Shown here piece after piece: positions 59,001-64,000 of a stretch of DNA of 64,000 nucleotides; position 1 is the first letter of the stretch, and every line of letters begins with the position of its first letter. The stretch covers positions 5,427 to 69,426 of the forward strand of contig CALVYP010000001.1 in NCBI GenBank assembly GCA_944372365.1, in the 5' to 3' direction. This stretch comes from an uncultured Clostridia bacterium (GTDB lineage: Bacteria > Bacillota > Clostridia > Christensenellales > UBA1242). A program made the translations under genes and the position numbers. A model generated the notes under the pieces. That model was not told where the DNA came from. It searched no databases and was given only the letters and a program-made list of their open reading frames with translations.

Positions 59001-62000
59001 TTGTATTTCCCTCTTACTCTAACTTCAATAGAAGAGTCACGCATTCTGTCAAGCACAACTTCAATGTTGTCTTGATCGAGATAAACATAGTTTACAGTGT
59101 TTACAAAGTTGATTTCTGGATAAAGCGTGCCTGTTGTGTGAATCCAGTTTTCGCTGCTCCATGCCCTTGAGTTGATGAACGCACCATTTGTGCTGGTGAA
59201 GCCATCTTCTTGTGAAATATAATTTGAAACTGATGTGATTGAAAAGTAGAAGTCATAATCAGAGACATCTGCGCTCCATCCTTCATAAGGCTTAATTGAA
59301 ATTTTAATGTCGCCCGATTGATAAACATCCATATAGCCGAATGATTTTAGTGACGAAACTTCGGTTGAAGTTGAGCCTTCGGCATCACTGATTGCCACTG
59401 CTGACGGCATAACTGTGATTTTTGCCATGTCTTTTATAATGCCCGCAACGGCATAGAACGTGCCATCATTAGGCGTTTCATCGCTTTGAGAATAGTAAGG
59501 GTTGGTTAAAACGCCATAGTGGTTGAACGCGTTAACCGATGACATAACAAGGCTTACATTTTCTTCAAGCACCCCAAACAATCCGCCAAAAGCATGGCTG
59601 TCGCTTTGAACTAGCCCATAAGAAACACCATCCTTATCATAACTATATTCTCCGCCATAAGCGAAAACATCACCTATTGCATAAACTTCTTGCAGATAAA
59701 GGTTTGTTGTAACTCTTGGCTGATTTGCATTTGCGTTGTTATCCAAATAATAGCTGTTGCCTGCAATCACTGCGCCTGCTATGCCGCCTGCAAACGAAAC
59801 ATCTTGCGTTGTGTAGTTGATTGCGTTAAGTTTGCTGTAACCAACATAGATTGTTCCAGAACCCATAACACCCATCAAGCCGCCAACATATTTTGGATAG
59901 TAGCGATATTCGCCTTCGCCTTCTTGACCTGTGTATTTAAACAAATCAAGCACGCCGCGCTCTGTTTCAAGATTTTTAGATAAATAATAATTGCTTGTTG
60001 TGCTTTCAATGGCCTCTTGAACCGACCCTTCATGCTCGGCATAAACTTGATAGAATGATCCGTTTGCCAAACCAACAAGCCCGCCTGCGAAATAGTTGTA
60101 TGAAAGAATGCTTGCATAGGTGTCTTCACCTTTTGCAACTTTAATGCCAACATCCTGAACTTTTGTTTGATAGCCAGTGTAGCCAAACACACCGCCTGCA
60201 ATTTCACCACGAACATCCACTGACCCCTGTGTGAGAAGCTGCGTTACAAGATAGTCAAGCGCAGTGTGACCATTGTAAACATAGCCTGTATAGAAGGCTT
60301 CAAGTGATGTGTAAACATCCAAATATCCTACAATTCCGCCCGCAAATGAAACGCTGCCAATGCCGCCGTTTTGCAAATCGTTTGAATAGAACGTGTTTAT
60401 GTTTTGGCGCTGGCTGTTTCTTATTGCGGTTGGGTTAAAGCCTTGCCTATAAAGCATGCTGCCAAGCGAGCTTACATTTGTGGAAGCATTGTCGTCATAA
60501 TATGATGCTTGAACAATCACATCGTTGACTGTAAGCCCGTTTAATCTGGTTTCGCCAAACGCTGCACCAATTATGCCGCCCGCTATGTTTTTGCCAAGCA
60601 CTCCTGCACCAGACGAAGCTTCGTCCGCTTCATTTTGAGTGAGATTGATGTTGAAAATTGTTGAATCCTGTGCCAATCCAGTAAGCCCACCAACAACATA
60701 GGAGTTTGATGCGGTAACGTTATCCACCATCAAATCAAGGTTTTTGATGATTGCATTTTGCGTTTGCCCAAACAAACCAACCGAATTGTTTGATGAACGA
60801 ATTGAAATATTGTTTACAGCAAAGCCGTTTCCGTCTAAAATGCCGGTGAATTTTTTATCTATGGATTGCACTTCAGCATTTCCATGCTCGTCATTAAGCT
60901 GAGAAAGATCTATGTCGCCAACAAGTCTGTAAGCGCCAAAAACTTCTGTGCTGTTAAAGAACATACTGATAAATGTTGATGTAGATTCGCCCATCGCATT
61001 TCTAAAATCGATGGCAGATGTAATTAAAATTGGGTTTACATCACTGCCATATGCAGTGTTGTATCTTGGAGCAGATGGGTTGAGTGAATTTTCCAAAATA
61101 GCATATGGCAACGAATAGATTTCTTCATCGTTAGGATCTGCAACATAATATCTGTGGCTTATTGTCACAGTCTGGGTGCACACAAGCCTTGGCCCATATG
61201 GGCTTTGCATCCACACGCCGTCTTCCAACGAATTTTCACTTGCAAACATAAAGCCGTAGTAAGCATTTGTGCCAGTGATTTCGTTTTTATCAATCAGTGT
61301 TGCTTGATTTGAAACTGCTTTTTGAACATCGCTGACCATATCATCGTTGTAATCTTCATTGATATAATAAGAAAGTTCAATTGTCCCAGTGTTTAAGCTT
61401 ACGCCGTTTTTAACACCCGAAAAACCAAGTTGCAACAAGTCTGCCATCAAAACATATGATGCCGACAACGAAGTTTGAATAAGCCCTTCGTTTTTGTATA
61501 CAAAGCCTGCGCTTGTTCGGCTTTTAATTTCATTTGGATTGTAAATTTCGATGTTTGAATAGCCGTTTGAAACCACGCCTGTGGTTGTGTTGTTTACAAC
61601 AAATCCTGCCACGATGCCGCTTGAAATAATGTTTGTGTCTCTAAAATGTGCAAGAACGCTTTGTGAATCGTTTGCTAAATCATCGTTTTCGCCAGCGCCT
61701 TCAATATAGCTGTTTCTAATTTCGCCTGAGTTGTCAACTGCAAAACCACCTGTTTGGCTGTTTGTAAGCGAAGCTTTGTTGGTGATTTGAACATTTTTAA
61801 CTCCTGACGAAGCAATTTCACCTGAGTTTGTAACAACAAACCCTGCAATTTCACCTTGCGCCGAAATTACAAAGTTGCCAAGTTCCACAGTTGAATAGTT
61901 TGTGCGGTTTGTATCCAAAACCTGCTCACCAATCACAATAATCTCGTCGCCGCCAACCTTGCTGTTGGTGATGCTGCCCGTGTTTGTGATTACAAACCCT

Positions 62001-64000
62001 GCCACATTGCTGGTGATAGAAGTGTCACCAATATAGTAAGGCGTTGAGCCCTTCCTATAATTAACAATCAGCCCTACATCGCCGGTTTGAACGGTTGTAT
62101 TTTGATATTCATAAGCCACAACTTCGCAGTTTGTGATTATGCCGCTGTTGGTGATTGCAAAGCCTGCAATATTTATTGCATTGAAGCCAGTTGAAGTGGT
62201 ATCTACATCAATTTTTCCGCCAGTGTAGTAGTTTACTTTAATGTTTTTCATAATTGAGGTGGCAGGCACATCGGTGAAAAGCGCCAAGTTTAAAGTGCCC
62301 GACCCTTGTGTGTTGAATGACTGGATGTGAATTGTGTGTCCGTTGCCATCCAAGCTTTTAAAGTTTGCTGCTGAAATTGGGGTGTAGTTTTGAAGATATA
62401 TATCGTTAAGCAATATATAGTCTTGTGCAGTGCCTTCGTTTGCAACCTGCAAAAAGTCTTCTGCACTTTCAATAAGCAGTGGCAAATCTTGATCGGAGTA
62501 AACTTCAACTTGCACTGCAAATCGAGTGCTGATTGTGTAAGACACATCTCTTCCCGCACTTTTAAGCGAAATTTCATCACGCATTTCAATTTGAATTGGA
62601 TTTGCCGTGGTGACAAGCCCAAGCACTGAAAGAACTCCGTCGCCGTTTTCAGTTTGCCTGTAAGTCAAGCGGAAGTTTACATTGGAATATGTCAACTCGC
62701 CGTTATCTGTCTTATCAAATTTTAATTGTTGGTTGTTGTAGTAAAGCCTTTGATAAATAGGAATTGCTTCACCCTTATCATTATAGTTGATTTTAAATGA
62801 TTTATCATTTGATATATAACTCTTCTCTTCTGCAAACTTATCTCTTGCTTCATACAATGCGTTTGCCAACGCGGTTTGAGTTTCATCTGAATTGTCATAA
62901 GCATAGGTTGTTGGATTGAAAGTGTAATCAAAATCAAGCACAACCGGAATGCCGATGTATGCGCTGACAACATCCATGCCTAAATCTTGATTATAGGTTG
63001 CCTCTTGCACTCTTGCCGATTGCGGTAAGAAATCTACAATGGTGACATAGGCGTAAGAAGTTTTAATCTCCTGCACACCATTAAGAATTCTGGAAACCTG
63101 AGCTTTAACATTAAACACGCCGTTTATTGCATTATCGCCATCTATTACACCAGCGTCAAGGTTTGCATAAAGGTTTGCGATAAGTGTTTTTGTGCCGTTT
63201 TGATGGTCTATTGTTTGCCATGTATTGCGTGGTGAAATTGTGATGCCTTTTGTGTTTTCTGGAATAAGAGAATCAAGTGTTTGATCTTCTCTTAGCAAAA
63301 TTGAAAGCTGCAAATTGCCGCCTTTTGCAACCATGGCGCTTATCTCACCATTTATGGTTATTTCAGCTTCTGGCAAGAATGAAATGAAAAGTTGATAGGT
63401 TTGTGTTGCGCCTTCAATTGGCTGGCCGTTTTCATCATAGAATGTTGCAACCATGTTGAAAGTTGTATCCTGCGGAATATTGCCAGCTGCAGTAAGCCTG
63501 AATGCGAAATAGCCATCACTTACTCTGCCAACTTTAACGCCTTGCACTTCATCATATGAAACATTAGACGAATTGTCGACAACATATTGTTGATAATTTT
63601 CTCCATACCTGTTCATCTTGGTGATGCCAAGCACTGCGCCATCGTTGTTTTGATAGGTTAAAGTCATGTATTCATAGTAAGCAAAAGAAGGATCTATATA
63701 TATTTCCATAATAGAGCTTCTGCCCGGTGAAAGCACCGAGACAGCTTCATCTGTTCTGCTGTAAATGTTTACACCATTGCTTGAAGAAGTTGTGCCGCCC
63801 CTATAATTTGAAATGTCAATGCGATTGATAGGTTGGCTGGTTAAAGTCAGCCCCAATTTGCTGTTTTCTTTGTCGGTTGTGCCAGAGATGGAAGATATTT
63901 CAAGCGTGTATTGCTCATTTTGCATGATAGATGAACGATAGCCTTCTGCTATGGAAATCGTTAAAACATATGAAATTGTTGCGCTGTCTTCATCCCATGA
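50030..64000 (-). CDS. Giant GLUG-motif surface protein of more than 4,656 aa, N-terminus beyond the window
   Basis: The track starts it at the Met at 63925. The 25 codons upstream to nt 64000 (SWDEDSATISYVLTISIAEGYRSSI) contain no stop, so the gene is 5'-truncated by the window. Many repeats of the type IAGFAITNSGIITNCEV, VAGFVITNTGSITNSKVGG, GGLTGLAQDSTIFN, FAGGLVGLANGSFYQVY. No LPXTG. Confidence 0.9.
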   Translation of the reverse strand, partial: SWDEDSATISYVLTISIAEGYRSSIMQNEQYTLEISSISGTTDKENSKLGLTLTSQPINRIDISNYRGGTTSSSNGVNIYSRTDEAVSVLSPGRSSIMEIYIDPSFAYYEYMTLTYQNNDGAVLGITKMNRYGENYQQYVVDNSSNVSYDEVQGVKVGRVSDGYFAFRLTAAGNIPQDTTFNMVATFYDENGQPIEGATQTYQLFISFLPEAEITINGEISAMVAKGGNLQLSILLREDQTLDSLIPENTKGITISPRNTWQTIDHQNGTKTLIANLYANLDAGVIDGDNAINGVFNVKAQVSRILNGVQEIKTSYAYVTIVDFLPQSARVQEATYNQDLGMDVVSAYIGIPVVLDFDYTFNPTTYAYDNSDETQTALANALYEARDKFAEEKSYISNDKSFKINYNDKGEAIPIYQRLYYNNQQLKFDKTDNGELTYSNVNFRLTYRQTENGDGVLSVLGLVTTANPIQIEMRDEISLKSAGRDVSYTISTRFAVQVEVYSDQDLPLLIESAEDFLQVANEGTAQDYILLNDIYLQNYTPISAANFKSLDGNGHTIHIQSFNTQGSGTLNLALFTDVPATSIMKNIKVNYYTGGKIDVDTTSTGFNAINIAGFAITNSGIITNCEVVAYEYQNTTVQTGDVGLIVNYRKGSTPYYIGDTSITSNVAGFVITNTGSITNSKVGGDEIIVIGEQVLDTNRTNYSTVELGNFVISAQGEIAGFVVTNSGEIASSGVKNVQITNKASLTNSQTGGFAVDNSGEIRNSYIEGAGENDDLANDSQSVLAHFRDTNIISSGIVAGFVVNNTTTGVVSNGYSNIEIYNPNEIKSRTSAGFVYKNEGLIQTSLSASYVLMADLLQLGFSGVKNGVSLNTGTIELSYYINEDYNDDMVSDVQKAVSNQATLIDKNEITGTNAYYGFMFASENSLEDGVWMQSPYGPRLVCTQTVTISHRYYVADPNDEEIYSLPYAILENSLNPSAPRYNTAYGSDVNPILITSAIDFRNAMGESTSTFISMFFNSTEVFGAYRLVGDIDLSQLNDEHGNAEVQSIDKKFTGILDGNGFAVNNISIRSSNNSVGLFGQTQNAIIKNLDLMVDNVTASNSYVVGGLTGLAQDSTIFNINLTQNEADEASSGAGVLGKNIAGGIIGAAFGETRLNGLTVNDVIVQASYYDDNASTNVSSLGSMLYRQGFNPTAIRNSQRQNINTFYSNDLQNGGIGSVSFAGGIVGYLDVYTSLEAFYTGYVYNGHTALDYLVTQLLTQGSVDVRGEIAGGVFGYTGYQTKVQDVGIKVAKGEDTYASILSYNYFAGGLVGLANGSFYQVYAEHEGSVQEAIESTTSNYYLSKNLETERGVLDLFKYTGQEGEGEYRYYPKYVGGLMGVMGSGTIYVGYSKLNAINYTTQDVSFAGGIAGAVIAGNSYYLDNNANANQPRVTTNLYLQEVYAIGDVFAYGGEYSYDKDGVSYGLVQSDSHAFGGLFGVLEENVSLVMSSVNAFNHYGVLTNPYYSQSDETPNDGTFYAVAGIIKDMAKITVMPSAVAISDAEGSTSTEVSSLKSFGYMDVYQSGDIKISIKPYEGWSADVSDYDFYFSITSVSNYISQEDGFTSTNGAFINSRAWSSENWIHTTGTLYPEINFVNTVNYVYLDQDNIEVVLDRMRDSSIEVRVRGKYNNVEGQYGMIDLREYSDLLPVEGFSGTIVGYSTTADWGEPPSIVSGLYYGETAEAAGSGYPGLIIDRSILGVTGSGLRIENLNIVVEKAEDDGELDPFTGGIISNSVVTDAKIEGVKVYLRQQIKINAQGNQAGLLVPGGVNTSFRNIEIIFAYSLSESGLNFIEFTATADTLYVGLLAGAISQNSIFESLRIQDITIKHSNTAADCSIMQANISEDTEGPVYAGLYAGRLAENFELSNGTDEDESDEDDTSSDVVENYAGMVIEVKTPQLPEGAADETKSLVSAINIAGQAKTTAEQTKATSNAGTEQQTSPSISRLYAGGFFGEVSSQNATFTYVTDNEISHTMKLNVAINIEAASDNTNTPATKQVDEVNYNAIIGGIVGSVNLQNFAFENITNNKTTISTDVEVGDFTIENPTIGLLFGETQGAFNIATGENCVESGLSVGGNIKTDGTLNSPAIGGLIGSNQATITVQDVEVALDVFNDDKPTLDKTEFTATDFSNNLVSTTGNLKFGGFIGINAANVTLNASVEGGNKFNMGGDHFVAFSGENACSGDLVGSNTGALTVLNFTSNNIEVIEVTDENGTLDIGGVIGNDNSADTTMLGEKDNSSVVVNVSSNYFIQTAGAVNAGGMIGSLNQSTDTSAKSISYAVFGGAFKFYVDSAVTHKVGGMIGNAAGKDVVQQISVTGTVNYGDAIYTYNEDAALDNYYFGGIIGTGPAATTTTNGETTTTTNLMNLESNIIAFTNNNPRMASTEHKTSALVGNTDEVDTVNNYYSSQLVLAVTDDESSYDIGYYTGNMDKGYGETGSSNSMVDLLEAYVSSEGFGSKLNPVTGSNTAADNTNGIVYYAGVYPPAASADATQTQPGETNSMPFAYIGDFAVKTKEISTVGAHSFVAGLVVNNDYKDTSENFDDPTIVGGLVHELNGGIIYASMSTGTLSVGGSTTKDIGGLVGRMNGGLIAESTSSVKLVYRAAKAPETTATTAATTVGSATAAGIAVTTGTNNFFDKVYATGEVNSYISANLYAFTNGTGATVRDSYAISRVSLKDYTQETVGGTTGVFGSAAKHEDCSTIGNWYDGDSTETQENVGASAENISAESTSTATLSESEKVYTLSYSNSEDVTFDVGWKQNIAFNYGYPTRNFAAFNVSTTEEVSGTTYYLIPNVTKLAQIGEEGADGADGADDNNYKLVRDIDLSKTSFADEWTAVSNNATFDGDGHTINGLIKATLFSSAGTIQNLRVTNAEVTTGNAVVAGEINTKAENVIASGTLKATGADDGSKIGGLFAEGVAGAQISNCKNYVAITADGDGLYVGGIIGSLPNEGGNLITNCYNYSPITVNSAGGYVGGIAGQAKKITESGNENTVFNGYTVTTNGSYYAGGIAGTATEVEDCYNTSMVKAGHKSNTSASYAAGIVANGAASDCSNEGYIEALGQNYSGTITTPAPTVADDNGDVTFSGSFGFGNDDSRNVYASTISINSDKTISNVGNKSGSAYQNGNFGLVTMEVTGSSLPSGVKWGEVNGITISVAKDDEDKDDATVVVAERDALGGPKTFYVKINRKMVYGENSSVTRYQDIYTDLKTIESTYESEALTTGSTTADSISKTEITDSDGLTTVTIAGANYAFVKDAAGFKSTVNASSLITSIPVDGDNTKLKDASNNSVEISKLISAGYTFSVESTTENVTGTASIQGSNLKLTFTYPRTISSFNYTIKANRATDEQTITVNSSNLIAEQNGAIVAIYLEGFSVTPGVTFTFEKYAFTSVAAQRLVHTIEAGETAQQVINALNGKALTIDVNAGSHFSSSAPGYAGGSVTSYLGNSYTYVAEKDFTGTKQESTDLAYITTGLRLRPFSGFAAPNLLSVGTPTESNKITLASDPTLNYDEIIAGSDRWSVVANYTVRVWGHVDSVQPLDRQAPFAGYDIRSYLQTIDLNSFQAGQEQQLGLYGKSESNVCPLVRHLGPYVAQLHLTGSSYVNNYTEISFSAYLLRLVDLGTVEDNNPIEIDTWIEIGIPAMLLRFNYEDGSSRPEDSTFEYNYQQTYTESVPLDDGSTLKLTYTKKAVAEEKDLECEIADATSIEDEDEWNLGYEAYLYETVYYYTGTATYELTSATITSQDNDLHTFVINGNYYQTSSSSKTVSIEINDLANDTDDKIDVYVRDSATSVSYTVEESNFAPGQTPTGKLYEGKLVLIEEDATETSDANKQITVNGTTYTVSVAASSDGEDVVTLTPSSGTAIVSDNYMLLIGGQEYSVAYDSTTGTLTLSKQYSGSQGALKIGSSILLYLFDSSGEIQVYKDGAEYNLTTNNNQITIDGTTYNITTRSEEVTGVTVTVAETSTTSEAETSTTSEDESSTTSEDESSTTSEDESSTTSGDESSTTSGDESSTTSGDETTYTLTATVKTTGDTPTAVVIESYQYIDFEYKCQNSEAQEIFRVYNNAPIITVPATGYIASGPTVTLGSINATADDYTISENEVTFNAFHDKSVSAKTFTVTTGYKEYSDDSYTASDLSTGGTDYKGVVLRGDIDLGSIDTTLTLQIATTSNTGLLVGDGYFVNFYSTSDALFSETNNVIKDLNVAGSVVKADPPSTGEATTASTEELPYNGLLSVAISKNLNNVKTYGTISTAKTTKAINAGGVAHAIDSASTLTNVSSYTSFSNVNYSADMAGIAYSLEASSLAGDISNYGTIIGVRGSDGADAGDDGGKGQDVHAITLSDISGDISASNTVSANIYNYGIVKAGDGGNGRRGTDGSGGSDADNGYIPSQEEAAQNGNGNNNRTRPGSYEQGSAGGQAGAAGIAYLYGTPSDGTSTTNNAVELSASDGTKNSDIKLDSNPGIAGGQGNNSWGGLNLSKFGDHRTWGGEGKSVQDMISNWNLIYTNAGLNGSSGIATIYGDIYFDHYDNDGGYAQQNPADAKESFWSRVDPWRGSNPDTINPINNMPLTLGNITWTTFQYRRGPHGNHYLSIKRITKVFYVTNEPLDSACYGYYMEDNQYKYGSIQ
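50553..50878. repeat. Inverted repeat, right arm (inside the giant ORF)
   Basis: See the left arm. The 155-bp perfect core is 50613-50767. Confidence 0.9.
51853..52028. repeat. 24-bp in-frame tandem repeat (about 7.3 copies) inside the giant ORF
   Basis: The unit TTTCATCTCCCGATGTTGTTGAGC occurs 3 times, TTTCATCTTCTGATGTTGTCGAGC 3 times, then a TTTCAGCTTCTGATGTTGTCGAGG variant. It encodes ETSTTSEDESSTTSED...ESSTTSGD. Confidence 0.9.
55461..55487. repeat. 9-bp tandem repeat, 3 copies, inside the giant ORF
   Basis: TCCGCGCCA, TCCGCGCCA, TCCGCGCCT, encoding GADGADGAD. Confidence 0.8.

Noticed and set aside
1-64000. Mollicute genetic code (UGA = Trp)
   Set aside because: TGA closes well-supported genes (3827-3829, 35539-35541). 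The 10-14-kb ORFs are intact under the standard code with Trp as TGG.

Overview
Chromosomal window from a low-GC, monoderm-type bacterium (Bacillota/Mycoplasmatota-like; the lineage cannot be fixed from this window). It uses the standard genetic code: TGA terminates genes at 3827-3829 and 35539-35541, and Trp is TGG. There are about 40 genes, mostly on the minus strand. Core genes are rpoB-rpoC, uvrB-uvrA, hflX, a class II fba, htrA next to a yycJ-like MBL hydrolase, dapB, a trpF-like gene, radC and a two-ATPase ABC-2 transporter. More than a third of the window encodes two giant GLUG-motif (beta-solenoid-like) surface proteins: a 3,399-aa lipoprotein at 21511-31710 and an ORF of more than 4,656 aa at 50030-64000 that is still open at the window edge. 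A BspA-type LRR lipoprotein runs off the left edge. Three observations stand out. (1) The 3' end of the larger giant gene carries a ~330-bp inverted repeat with a 155-bp perfect core. Its partner heads a start-less, apparently promoterless alternative C-terminal cassette in the opposite orientation. This is the architecture of a DNA-inversion switch (Mu G-segment or shufflon logic) that would exchange the last ~173 aa of the protein. (2) An orphan PrgI/VirB3-VirB4 fusion ATPase is translationally coupled to the 3,399-aa lipoprotein directly upstream of rpoBC, with no other T4SS or ICE genes in view. (3) At least eight genes have a canonical -10 box 6-7 nt upstream of the ATG and no Shine-Dalgarno (leaderless architecture), while other genes have strong SDs. 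I recognised no rRNA, tRNA, CRISPR array, transposase, integrase or invertase. All calls come from reading the sequence and the ORF track by eye; no searches were run.
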